Shown: positions 32,745 through 41,920 of the stretch, one piece after another | Layout of the letters: the number at the start of each line of letters is the position of its first letter | Position numbering within the stretch: position 1 is the stretch's first letter | NCBI GenBank assembly: GCA_963814585.1 | Contig: CAWFDF010000011.1 | Coordinates: 160,001-224,000, forward strand | Origin: an uncultured delta proteobacterium | Lineage (GTDB): Bacteria; Myxococcota; Myxococcia; Myxococcales; Anaeromyxobacteraceae | Length of the DNA stretch: 64,000 nt | Direction: 5' to 3' | The notes under the pieces: generated by a model | Database searches by the model: none | What the model saw: the letters and a program-made list of their open reading frames with translations, nothing else | What the model was told of the DNA's origin: nothing | Position numbers and translations under genes: made by a program

Positions 32745-33223
32745 CGGCGCCTCGTGGTCAGCCCCAGCACGCCGCGCAGCTTCTCCATGATCCGGAAGTA
32801 CTCGCTGCGGGTGTACGGCCGGTTGAGGACGTGGAAGTCCTTCTTGGCCAGGCCGACGCAGCCGAAGCAATACGTGCAGTCGGAGCAGTCCCGGCAGAGC
32901 ACCAGGTAGGAGGAGCCGGCGCAGTTCTCGGATCGCTCGCAGTAGGCGCTGTCGTGGCAGCCGGCGCAGTCGTGGCAATGGGTCAGGTGCGAGGAGGCGC
33001 GGCAGCCGGTGCAGTGGGTGCAGCGATGGCAGGCCTCGCAGTCCGTGCAGAACATGCAGGAGACGCAGGCCCGGCACCTCTCGCAGCGGACCGAGCCCGG
33101 GTTCTCGGCGCTCCCCTCGTGGGCCTCGAGCAGCGCCTGAAGGGCGGCGTCGAAGCCGCGGCGATCGAGCCCGTCGGGCGGCAGGGAGGGGTCCGGCGAG
33201 GCCAGCGCGCGGGAGGCGACCAT
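32741..33223 (-). CDS. Cysteine-rich protein with (Cxx)n periodicity, 20 Cys
   Basis: CERCRACVSCMFCTDCEACHRCTHCTGC...CRDCSDCTYCFGCVGL..F.VLNRPY; no signal peptide. Confidence 0.8.
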   Translation of the reverse strand: MVASRALASPDPSLPPDGLDRRGFDAALQALLEAHEGSAENPGSVRCERCRACVSCMFCTDCEACHRCTHCTGCRASSHLTHCHDCAGCHDSAYCERSENCAGSSYLVLCRDCSDCTYCFGCVGLAKKDFHVLNRPYTRSEYFRIMEKLRGVLGLTTRRR

Positions 33224-33279
33224 GCGGGGATCCTGCCCCGGTTCCCATCCGAAGTGAATTCGACGGCCGGCCATCAGGC

Positions 33280-34299
33280 TCAGGCGCCGCCCGGGCGCCG
33301 CAGCGCGCAGGTCCGGCAGACCGGGTGGTCCTCCTGGCCGGCGGCGAAGCGGGCCAGGGCCCGGCCGCTCCAGATGGCGGCGAGCGGCTGCGCCATGACC
33401 GTGCCGAAGTCGCCCAGCTCGCCACGCCAGGCGGCCGGGTGCGGGCAGGGGGCGAAGGCCCCGTCGTGGAGGACCCAGGCCTCGCGGCCGACGAAGGGGC
33501 AGGGGCCCGGCGGCGACGGCGGGCCGGCGAGCGGCGCCACGTTCTGCAGCTCGACCGTCCGCCCGCCGGCCTGGGCCTCGGTCGCGCTCCGCCGCATGGC
33601 CTCGACCGCCCGGCTCCAGCGGGCCCGGCCGGCCTCGCTGGCCGGCAGGGCCCGCGGCTCCAGGTGCGGCACGCGCGGCTGGAGCTGGTTCACCTTGACC
33701 CGGTCGACCCCCAGCGAGGCGGCCAGCGCCACCAGCGCGCCCAGCTCGTCGACGTTGCCGTCCTGCGCCGTCACCTGGAAGGAGAGGCGGCAGCGGTGGC
33801 CGGTCCGGGCCGCGACCTGGTCCCGCGCCGCGGCGAAGTCGCGCACGCCGCGGACGGCGGCGTCGAAGTCGAGCCCGGCCATGATCGACCCGGCGGTGGC
33901 GGCGCAGGCGCCGTTCCAGGAGACCTTGACGTCGCCGCAGACGGGCGCGAGCCGTGTCCCCCAGCCGCGCCCCCCGCGCCCGGGCCAGGTGCCGTTGGTG
34001 GTGACGTTGAGCAGGACACCGGCGGCGGCGCAGGCGTCGGCGAGGGCGTCCAGCCCGGCCCAGAGGAGCGGCTCGCCCATGGTGGAGGGGATCACCTCGC
34101 GCAGCGTCCCGGCGCCTCGACCCTCCGCCACCAGGGCGACCGCCAGGGCCGGCTCCATCCGCCGCGGTGGACGTCCCGGCGCCGGCTCCAGCCGGGCGCG
34201 GCCGCACTCGCACATGTCGCAGGCGAGGTTGCAGTCGTCGGGGTCGGTGACCAGGGTCAGGCGCCAGGGACCGCCCGGGGTGGGGAGGTTCGTTGACAA
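33280..34299 (-). CDS. Radical SAM protein with C-terminal SPASM/twitch-like Cys motif
   Basis: CNLACDMC, STMGEPLL, TTNG, CPF..DG..PC..CRTC; start uncertain (TTG 34299 or ATG 34332). Confidence 0.85.
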   Translation of the reverse strand: MSTNLPTPGGPWRLTLVTDPDDCNLACDMCECGRARLEPAPGRPPRRMEPALAVALVAEGRGAGTLREVIPSTMGEPLLWAGLDALADACAAAGVLLNVTTNGTWPGRGGRGWGTRLAPVCGDVKVSWNGACAATAGSIMAGLDFDAAVRGVRDFAAARDQVAARTGHRCRLSFQVTAQDGNVDELGALVALAASLGVDRVKVNQLQPRVPHLEPRALPASEAGRARWSRAVEAMRRSATEAQAGGRTVELQNVAPLAGPPSPPGPCPFVGREAWVLHDGAFAPCPHPAAWRGELGDFGTVMAQPLAAIWSGRALARFAAGQEDHPVCRTCALRRPGGA

Positions 34300-34303
34300 C
34301 CCG

Positions 34304-34317
34304 TCTGTTGTAACGGA
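34304..34317. promoter_or_regulatory. Copy of TCCGYTAWARCGGA operator-like palindrome
   Basis: TCTGTTGTAACGGA next to TTGACA (34293-34298), between the radical SAM and XRE genes. Confidence 0.55.
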
Positions 34318-34330
34318 AAAGTCGTCCACC

Positions 34331-34993
34331 ATGAAGAGCACGCGCGAGCGCGGCACGAAGAAGGGGCGCGGTCGGTCCGCACCCGAGCCGGAGTCGGTGG
34401 CTCCCGAGCACCGCGAGTCGCTCGGCGCCACCGACCTCACGCCGGTGGTCGGGACCAACCTGCGGCGGCTGCGCGGCCAGCGCGGCCTCTCGCTGGAGAA
34501 GCTCTCCAAGCTCTCCGGGGTGTCGCGCGCCATGCTCGGCCAGATCGAGCTGGGCCAGAGCGCGCCGACCATCAACGTGCTCTGGAAGATCGCCTCGGCC
34601 CTCGGCGTCCCGTTCTCGGGCCTGATCAGCGCGCGCAGCGAAGGGGGGCTCCACGTGCTGCGGGCCGCCCAGGCCAAGCTCCTCACCAGCCACGACGGCT
34701 CCTTCAGCTCGCGGGCCCTCTTCCCCTTCGACTCGCCGCGCCGGGTGGAGTTCTACCAGCTGACGGTGCGGCCGGGCGGGATGGAGCGGGCCGAGGCCCA
34801 CAACCCGGGCACCACCGAGAACCTGGTGGTGGCGCAGGGGCAGGTGGAGATCGAGGTGTCGGGCCGCCGCGAGCCGCTCGAGGCCGGCGACGCCATCGTC
34901 TTCGAGGCGGACGTCCCCCACGTCTACCGGAACCGCGGCGACCGGGACGCGGTCATGTTCCTGGTCATGACCTACGCGGACACCGTCGGGTAG
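34331..34993 (+). CDS. XRE-family HTH regulator with cupin domain (SutR/PuuR-like)
   Basis: NLRRLR..GLSLEKLS..SGVSRAMLGQIELGQSAPTINVLWKIA; H..GTTE..GD.I.F.AD.PH.Y.N cupin. Confidence 0.92.
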   Translation: MKSTRERGTKKGRGRSAPEPESVAPEHRESLGATDLTPVVGTNLRRLRGQRGLSLEKLSKLSGVSRAMLGQIELGQSAPTINVLWKIASALGVPFSGLISARSEGGLHVLRAAQAKLLTSHDGSFSSRALFPFDSPRRVEFYQLTVRPGGMERAEAHNPGTTENLVVAQGQVEIEVSGRREPLEAGDAIVFEADVPHVYRNRGDRDAVMFLVMTYADTVG

Positions 34994-34998
34994 GGGCC

Positions 34999-36408
34999 AT
35001 GGGCGTCCCCATCGGAGTCCTCCTCGTGCAGCGCGGCGCCGCCACCCAGGTGCAGGTGGACCGGGCGTGGCGGGAGGCCAAGGAGGCCGGCGAGCGGCTC
35101 TGCTCCCGGCTCCTCAAGATGGGCCTCGACGAGGCCCTCCTGGTCGGGGCGCTGGCCGAGCAGCAGCTCGGCCCGGGGGTCGACCTGTCCCGCTGCATCG
35201 TCGACCTGGCGCTGCTCGAGCTGGTGCCGCGGACGGTGGCCGAGCAGGATCTGCTGCTGCCGCTCTCCGACGAGGGCGGGCGGATCCACCTGGCCATGGT
35301 CACGCCGCACGACCACCGGCTGCTCTCCGAGGTCCGCTTCGTGACCGGGCGCGAGGTCTCCGGCTACGTGGCCATCGACTTCGCGCTCCACCAGGCCATC
35401 GCCGAGGCCTACGACGCCCGGGAGCGGGGCGAGGAGGTCTGGCGCGGCCACGCCGCCGGGGCCGGCCTGCCGCCGCTGCTGGCGGCCGTGATTCCGGGTG
35501 GCGCGGAGGAGGCGGAGGTCGGCGAGGAGATCATCCTCGAGGTGGAGGCCGCCCCGCTCGGCGAGGAGGCCGGGACCCTGCTCGAGGAGGAGTCGCCGGC
35601 CGCGGCGGAGGCCCCCCCGGTCGAGGTGCCCATCGAGGTCCGGCCGGCGGGCCGTCGCACCGTGCTGGTGGTCGACGACGAGCCGGAGATCAGGCTGCTG
35701 CTGCAGCGGTCGCTGGAGAAGCACGGCTACGCGGTGGAGACCGCCAGCGACGGGGCCCAGGCGGTCGCCAAGGCCGAGGCCCTGGTCCCGGACCTGGTCC
35801 TGCTCGACGCCATGCTCCCCAAGGTGCACGGCTTCGAGGCCTGCCAGCAGATCAAGGCCTCGCCGCGCTGCCGCCACGTCCCGGTCATCATGATGACCGC
35901 CATCTACCGGGGCTGGCGCTTCGCCCAGGACGCCCGCGACACCTACGGCGCCGAGGACTACATCGAGAAGCCGTTCCGCTTCGACGACGTGCTGCGCCGC
36001 ATCGACGCCGTGCTGGAGGCCACCGCCACCCGCTCGCGCGGCGACAGCGCCGCGGCCGCGGCCGAGCTGGCGCGCGGCAAGGAGATGATGCTGGCGAACA
36101 GCCTCACCGAGGCCCGGGCCGCCTTCGAGGCGGCCATCGCCGCCGACCCCTACTCGGCCGAGGCCCACGTGCTGCTGGCCCGGACCCTCCGCGCCGCCGG
36201 CGAGGCCTTCAGCGCCATGACGGCCTACGAGAAGGCGGCCGAGCTGCGCCCCGGCCACCTCCCCTCGCTGCGCGCCCTGGCGGCGCTCTACGAGGAGAAG
36301 GGCTTCCGCCGCAAGGCCACCGAGACGCTGGAGCGCGCCCTCGGCGCCGCCGGCGACGAGGCCACCCGCGCCGCCATCAAGCAGGACCTGATGGCGCTGC
36401 TGGGGTAG
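34999..36408 (+). CDS. Response regulator: MshEN/T2SSE_N-like N-domain, REC domain and TPR
   Basis: VLVVDDE, LLDAMLP, MMTA, IEKP receiver residues; N-terminal IG.LL..G repeats; C-terminal TPR helices. Confidence 0.85.
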   Translation: MGVPIGVLLVQRGAATQVQVDRAWREAKEAGERLCSRLLKMGLDEALLVGALAEQQLGPGVDLSRCIVDLALLELVPRTVAEQDLLLPLSDEGGRIHLAMVTPHDHRLLSEVRFVTGREVSGYVAIDFALHQAIAEAYDARERGEEVWRGHAAGAGLPPLLAAVIPGGAEEAEVGEEIILEVEAAPLGEEAGTLLEEESPAAAEAPPVEVPIEVRPAGRRTVLVVDDEPEIRLLLQRSLEKHGYAVETASDGAQAVAKAEALVPDLVLLDAMLPKVHGFEACQQIKASPRCRHVPVIMMTAIYRGWRFAQDARDTYGAEDYIEKPFRFDDVLRRIDAVLEATATRSRGDSAAAAAELARGKEMMLANSLTEARAAFEAAIAADPYSAEAHVLLARTLRAAGEAFSAMTAYEKAAELRPGHLPSLRALAALYEEKGFRRKATETLERALGAAGDEATRAAIKQDLMALLG

Positions 36409-36450
36409 GGACCCCGCGCCATCGGCGGCTCGGACTCCAAGCCGCGCTGC

Positions 36451-36792
<342 letters not shown>

Positions 36793-36848
36793 TCACCTCG
36801 TTCGATGGCATCCGGTCGGTCGGCCCGCCGGGTGGGATCACGGTGAAA

Positions 36849-36864
36849 TGCAACTGCCGCGCCG
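36849..36864 (-). promoter_or_regulatory. Sigma54 promoter of glnB
   Basis: CGGCGCGGCAGTTGCA on minus strand, GG-N10-GC spacing. Confidence 0.65.
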
Positions 36865-36935
36865 GGCGGATGGCCCGTGAGTCCCCGGGCTTGGCGGGCC
36901 GGCCGGGGCGCCGCGCGCGACGGGCAGGCCGTCCC

Positions 36936-36952
36936 TGCCCGCCGGGCGGGCA
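36936..36952. promoter_or_regulatory. Enhancer-like palindrome upstream of glnB
   Basis: Perfect arms TGCCCG-CCGGG-CGGGCA, about 82 bp upstream of the -24 box. Confidence 0.6.
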
Positions 36953-37039
36953 GCCTGGCGGGCCGCTGCGGCCAAAGGCCGTGGGCGGTGGGGGGGCGCC
37001 GGTGCTACCATCGGCGCCACGAGGGGGAGGGAGCCGCAC

Positions 37040-37459
37040 ATGACCTGGTGGGCCTGGGTGCTGTTGGGGATCGCGCTCCTGGTGGTCGAGATGGCGACGC
37101 CGGGGGGGCTCTTCGCCCTGTTCTTCGGCGCCGGGGCCATCGTGGTGGCGCCGCTGGCGGCCCTGGGCATGCCGGAGGCCTGGCAGTGGCTGGCCTTCTC
37201 CGTCGTCTCGGTGGCCACCCTGCTGGGGTTCCGCCGGCGGTTGACCCTGGTCCTGTCGAAGGGGCCGAAGGCCGCGGTCGAGCTGGTCGGCGAGCAGGCG
37301 CTGGTGCTGGTCGAGGTGGCGCCCGGTGGGGAGGGGCGGGTCGAGCTGCGGGGCGTGCCCTGGACGGCGCGGACCGCGGGTGGGGTGGCGCTGGCGGTGG
37401 GCCGGCGCTGCCGGGTGGAGCGGGTCGAGGGGTTGACGCTGTGGCTTCGCGCCGAGTGA
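37040..37459 (+). CDS. NfeD-like (YbbJ-type) membrane protein
   Basis: Hydrophobic N-half; LVGEQALV..G.GRV..G..WTA OB-fold; precedes the SPFH gene. Confidence 0.85.
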   Translation: MTWWAWVLLGIALLVVEMATPGGLFALFFGAGAIVVAPLAALGMPEAWQWLAFSVVSVATLLGFRRRLTLVLSKGPKAAVELVGEQALVLVEVAPGGEGRVELRGVPWTARTAGGVALAVGRRCRVERVEGLTLWLRAE

Positions 37460-37489
37460 CGGCGCGCACTTGAACCAGGGAGAGCACCG

Positions 37490-38464
37490 ATGCCAGGGCT
37501 TTATGTCTTGATCGCCGTCGCCGTCCTCGCCGTCATCGTGGTCGCCAAGACCGCGGTGGTGGTCCCGCAGCAGAACGCCTACGTGGTGGAGCGGCTGGGG
37601 AAGTTCCAGTCGGTGCTCGTTCCCGGCTTCCACATCCTGCTCCCCTTCATCGACGCCATCCGCTACCGGCACACCCTGAAGGAGCAGGCGCTCGACATCC
37701 CCGAGCAGATCTGCATCACCAACGACAACGTCCAGGTGGCCGTCGACGGGCTGCTCTACCTCAAGGTGCTCGACCCGGAGCGGGCCAGCTACGGCATCTC
37801 CGACTACTACTACGCCATCACCCAGCTGGCGCAGACCCTGCTGCGCAGCGAGATCGGCAAGATCACCCTCGACCGGACCTTCGAGGAGCGCGGCTACATC
37901 AACTCCCAGCTGGTGCAGGAGCTGGACAAGGCCTCCGGTCCCTGGGGCGTGAAGGTGCTGCGCTACGAGATCAAGAACATCACCCCGCCGCAGGACGTGC
38001 TGGCCGCCATGGAGAAGCAGATGCGGGCGGAGCGGGAGAAGCGCGCCGTCATCCTCAACTCCGAGGGCGTTCGCGACGCCGCCATCAACAACGCCGAGGG
38101 GCAGAAGCAGCAGGTGATCAAGGCCTCGGAGGCGGTCCGGCAGAAGCAGATCAACGAGGCCGAGGGCCAGGCGGCGGCCATCCAGGCCATCGCCGTCGCC
38201 ACCGCCGAGGGACTGCGCAAGGTGGCCGACGCCATCCGCTCCGAGGGCGGCGTGGAGGCGGTGCAGCTCCGCGTGGCCGAGAAGTACGTCGAGCAGTTCG
38301 GCCACATCGCCAAGGCGGGAAACACCATCGTGCTGCCGGCCACCCTCTCCGACGTCGGCTCGATGATCGCCCTGGCGACCAACGTCCTCAAGGGATCGGT
38401 GGCGGGCGAGGCGCCCAGGGCGACCATCGCCGTCCGCCCGCCGCCGCCGGCGCCGCCGACGTAG
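37490..38464 (+). CDS. SPFH/band-7 (paraslipin, QmcA-like) protein
   Basis: VVERLGK, ITNDNV.V.VDG, LRSEIG, WGVKVLRYEI, QMRAEREKRA. Confidence 0.92.
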   Translation: MPGLYVLIAVAVLAVIVVAKTAVVVPQQNAYVVERLGKFQSVLVPGFHILLPFIDAIRYRHTLKEQALDIPEQICITNDNVQVAVDGLLYLKVLDPERASYGISDYYYAITQLAQTLLRSEIGKITLDRTFEERGYINSQLVQELDKASGPWGVKVLRYEIKNITPPQDVLAAMEKQMRAEREKRAVILNSEGVRDAAINNAEGQKQQVIKASEAVRQKQINEAEGQAAAIQAIAVATAEGLRKVADAIRSEGGVEAVQLRVAEKYVEQFGHIAKAGNTIVLPATLSDVGSMIALATNVLKGSVAGEAPRATIAVRPPPPAPPT

Positions 38465-38593
38465 CCCGGCGCCCCACCCGGCCCCACGGCCGGCGCGCCA
38501 TCCTGGCCGAGGGGCGCTGGCCGGCGACCCGGGGACGGCTCGTGCCCGCGCCTGGGCGGGGGCGGCGCTGGCTCGCGAGTCCGCGCCGGCGCG

Positions 38594-40267
38594 CTACCAG
38601 GGCGCGGGCCGGTAGTCCTTGTAGAAGTGGCCGGCCTGGTGCTGGCCGGTCTGGAAGCCCTCGACGATGGGGGCGACGATGCGGGCCGCGCCGTCGACGA
38701 TGTCGAGCGGCGGGCTGAAGGCATGCTCCTCGGCCTTGCGCGCCGCGATGTGGGCCGGGTCCTCGTCGGTCACCCAGCCGGTGTCGACGGCGTTGAGGCA
38801 GATGCCGTCGCGCCGGAGGTCCGGGGCGCTGGTGCGGACCAGCATGTTGAGCGCCGCCTTGGCCATGTTGGTGTGGGGGTGCTTGTCGGTCTTGAGGGCC
38901 CGGTAGAACTGCCCCTCCATGGCGCTCACCAGCACCACGTGGCGGGCCCCGTCGCCGCTGGTGGCCGTCCCTGGCGGCGGCGTCGCCGAGCGGACCATGA
39001 GCGGCTTCAGTCGGGCGGTCATGACGAACGGGGCGGTGGCGTTGACGAGCAGCACCTCGAGCAGCTCGTGCGTCGGCACCTCGTGGAGGGGGAGGCGCCA
39101 GGAGTTGGTGGCCCTCAGGTCCACCTGCTGGAGGTCCTGGTCGAGGAGGCCGTGCGGGAAGATCTCCAGCGACGGTGGCCCGGCGCCGGTGAGGAGCAGG
39201 TCGTCGTCGACGGCGGCCTGGGAGAGCTGGGCGGAGCGGGTCAGGCCGGCGGCGCTGCGGCGACCGGCGTGCTCGATCCGGAGCGCCTCGTCGCTGCGCA
39301 GCAGGCGCTGGACCGCCGGGGGGAGCGTCGCCGCAGGCCGGTGCTCGTCCTCGATGAGGTGGGCGTAGAAGCCGGGCGGTCGGCGCACCGTCTGGCAGGC
39401 GTTGTGGATCTGGAAGTCGAGGCGGGGGAGGGTCGCGTCGAGCCAGTGGCAGAGGTGCTCGACGCTGGGCGTGTGGCGCAGGTCGACACCGTGGACCAGG
39501 AGCCGGTCGCGCCAGGCCTCGAAGTCGGGCTCGGCGGCGTAGCGGGCGGCGGCGTCGCGCGGGAAGCGGGTGCAGGCCACCACGGTGCAGCCGGCGCGCA
39601 GCAGCAGGATGGCCGCCTGGTAACCGATCTTCACGCGGGCCCCGGTGACCAGGGCGACCCGGCCCCGCAGGTCCACCGTCGCCGTCCGGCGCAGCTCGTT
39701 CTCGTCGCCGCAGGCGGGGCAGAGCTGGTCGTAGAAGTGGTGGAGGCGCCGGTACTCCCGCTTGCACACGTAGCAGATCCGCGCCGCGTGGAGCTCGGGC
39801 CCCGCCTGCGCCGGCCCCGCCCCTGGAGCGGCGGGCGCCCAGGGCGGCACGCCTGCCGCCGGCGCGCCTGGCAGGACCGGCCACCAGCCCGAGGCGTCGG
39901 TGCCGCGCGCCGGCAGCGGAGGGAACGGCGTCCGGAAGACCGGCTCCTCGCGCAGGCGGCGGATCCCGCTCGAGCGGCGCAGGGCCGCGTCCCCCTCCTT
40001 GCGGGCCTGCTGCGCCTGGCGCAGCAGCGTCTTCTGGAGCCGCTTGCGCCCCTTCAGGTCCGGCCGGGCGATCTCGCCGGCAAAGCGCTGCAGCGCGCTC
40101 CGGGTCGCCTCGGCCACGGTCGCCAGCAGGGCCCGGTCGCCGGCCACGGCGGCGAGGGTCCGCACCGCGGCCTCGATCTCGGCGGGCGACGGCGCCGGCT
40201 CCACCGGCGAGGTGGAGGCGGCGGGGCGCGGGAACGGCTCGCGCTCGGAGGGGTCGGTGCTGGACAC
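38594..40267 (-). CDS. Extended short-chain dehydrogenase/reductase with N-terminal CxxC..CxxC region
   Basis: CYVCK..LCPAC; VTGARVKIG; NACQT; HPHTNMAKAALNM; VDTGW. Confidence 0.82.
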   Translation of the reverse strand: MSSTDPSEREPFPRPAASTSPVEPAPSPAEIEAAVRTLAAVAGDRALLATVAEATRSALQRFAGEIARPDLKGRKRLQKTLLRQAQQARKEGDAALRRSSGIRRLREEPVFRTPFPPLPARGTDASGWWPVLPGAPAAGVPPWAPAAPGAGPAQAGPELHAARICYVCKREYRRLHHFYDQLCPACGDENELRRTATVDLRGRVALVTGARVKIGYQAAILLLRAGCTVVACTRFPRDAAARYAAEPDFEAWRDRLLVHGVDLRHTPSVEHLCHWLDATLPRLDFQIHNACQTVRRPPGFYAHLIEDEHRPAATLPPAVQRLLRSDEALRIEHAGRRSAAGLTRSAQLSQAAVDDDLLLTGAGPPSLEIFPHGLLDQDLQQVDLRATNSWRLPLHEVPTHELLEVLLVNATAPFVMTARLKPLMVRSATPPPGTATSGDGARHVVLVSAMEGQFYRALKTDKHPHTNMAKAALNMLVRTSAPDLRRDGICLNAVDTGWVTDEDPAHIAARKAEEHAFSPPLDIVDGAARIVAPIVEGFQTGQHQAGHFYKDYRPAPW

Positions 40268-40402
40268 GCGCCCTCCATACCCGGAGCGCGGCGCGACGGG
40301 TAGGGGGGAGGGCGTGTTTCCCGCCGCAAGCGCCACGGACCCGGGGTGCCGACGCCGACGTTCCAGCGGCCAGCGCGGCCCGGGCCGGTTAGATGGTGGC
40401 GC

Positions 40403-40927
40403 ATGCCCATCCCCATCTTCGGCAAGGCCCACGAGGCCAGGGCCGGCGCCGACTTCACCTGGTTCGTCTACGGCTCGTCGCTCGACCGGGCCGCCTTCTC
40501 GGTCTGGGCCGGGAGCCACGGCTACGCCGTTCCCGACTTCTCCGGCGCGTGGCCGGCGCGGCTGCCGGGCTGGCGGCTCGCCTTCGACGTCGTCTCCAGG
40601 CACTGGGGCGGCGCCGTCGCCAGCCTGGCCGAGGCTCCCGGACAGTCCGTCGAGGGGCTGGCCGTCCCCTTGGCGGGCGCGGCCCGAGGCCTGGTGGAGC
40701 ACAAGGAGGGGGCGGTCTCCGGCCTCTATGCGGCCGTCGACGTGTCGATCGAGCCGCTGGCGGGTGGAGCGACCACGCCGGCGGTCGCCTACCGGGCTGC
40801 CGCCAGCCGACGGCTTCCCTCCGAGGCCCCGCCCTCGCCGGCCTACCTCGAGGTGATGATCAAGGGAGCCCGCGAGGCCGGTCTCTCGCCCGGGTGGCAG
40901 GCGCGGCTCCGGGCGCTGGCGATCTGA
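40403..40927 (+). CDS. Gamma-glutamylcyclotransferase family protein
   Basis: FVYGSSL, L.GWRLAF, VEG, KEG, PSPAYLEVM..GA. Confidence 0.82.
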   Translation: MPIPIFGKAHEARAGADFTWFVYGSSLDRAAFSVWAGSHGYAVPDFSGAWPARLPGWRLAFDVVSRHWGGAVASLAEAPGQSVEGLAVPLAGAARGLVEHKEGAVSGLYAAVDVSIEPLAGGATTPAVAYRAAASRRLPSEAPPSPAYLEVMIKGAREAGLSPGWQARLRALAI

Positions 40928-40979
40928 CCCAGGGCCGGGGCGGCCCCGGGGGGACCGGCTTGACGGACGTGACGGTATC

Positions 40980-41519
40980 TCAGTACGGCCGGCCCCCGCT
41001 GTTTCCTCCAGGTCCGTAGTCGCAGACGACGGTGCTCCGGTAGGTGAGCGCCGGGCAGTCCCGCAGCGCGCAGCCCACGGCCCGGGTCGCCGCCCAGACC
41101 ACCTGCGTGTAGTGGCCGCAGACCTTCCCGGCGGCGCAGGTGTTGGTGGCGTAGGTGTAGTCCGCCACCTCGCCGGCCCAGGCGCTGACGGCATCGCTGG
41201 CGGTGGCGATCCCGGTCGAGGCGTAGATGTTCTCGCCGACGTAGAACGGGTGGCCGCTGCTCCGGTCCGGGTTGTGGTCGATCAGGCCGGTGGGCGCGGC
41301 CACGTCCACGCACCGGGCCGCCCAGGCCGCCGCGGTGGCCGCCAGCGCACCATCCCAGGCCAGCGGCGCGACCCCGACCCAGGCGCGGACCGCGTTGTGC
41401 GCCGCGGTGATGCCGGCCAGCTCGGGCGGCTCGCCGGCCGCGAGGTCGGCACCTCCTTCCTCGCCGCAGCCGGCGAGTGCCAGGGCCAGCACCAGCCCGA
41501 GAGGCCCGAGGATCCGCAC
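40980..41519 (-). CDS. CAP/SCP (PR-1-like) domain lipoprotein
   Basis: Lipobox LAGC; AHNAVRA, GENI, CGHYTQVVW, VVCDYGPGGN. Confidence 0.9.
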   Translation of the reverse strand: MRILGPLGLVLALALAGCGEEGGADLAAGEPPELAGITAAHNAVRAWVGVAPLAWDGALAATAAAWAARCVDVAAPTGLIDHNPDRSSGHPFYVGENIYASTGIATASDAVSAWAGEVADYTYATNTCAAGKVCGHYTQVVWAATRAVGCALRDCPALTYRSTVVCDYGPGGNSGGRPY

Positions 41520-41557
41520 GGCTCCACCCTCCGCGAGCCGGGCCGGTCTCGAGGCGG

Positions 41558-41845
41558 TCACGTACCGGGTCCCCGGTCGACGAGCCCCTTCACCATCCCC
41601 GCGCCCTCGAGAGCGGCGCAGGCGGCGTCCAGGTCGGCCCCGCGGATCCAGACCCCGGCGCCGCGGCGCGGGCGCCCGAAGCCGAACAGCGTCGCGCCGC
41701 CCACCTCCTCGACCTCGACGGCGAAGTCGAGGCCCGCGGCGTCGAGCGTCGCCTCGGCACCCTGGGCCTCGTCCAGCCCGAGCGCGAAGTAGACCCGCAC
41801 CACCTCGGTCCCTTCGCCGAACAGCTCGAGCGATCTCCGTGGCAT
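41558..41845 (-). CDS. Small hypothetical protein (DUF2007-like)
   Basis: 95 aa; EA..AE..LD.AG.DF.V pattern; GGAGG SD. Confidence 0.6.
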   Translation of the reverse strand: MPRRSLELFGEGTEVVRVYFALGLDEAQGAEATLDAAGLDFAVEVEEVGGATLFGFGRPRRGAGVWIRGADLDAACAALEGAGMVKGLVDRGPGT

Positions 41846-41920
41846 CCGTTCCTCCCGGGCGGAGCGTACCCCAGCGCGGCGCCGCGGGGGCGACCCCGGC
41901 TGGGCCATCCTGTCGCGGCC

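Noticed and set aside
32741..33223. Cys-rich protein as a c-type cytochrome (CEACH, CAGCH)
   Set aside because: No signal peptide; the CxxCH matches arise by chance from the (Cxx)n periodicity
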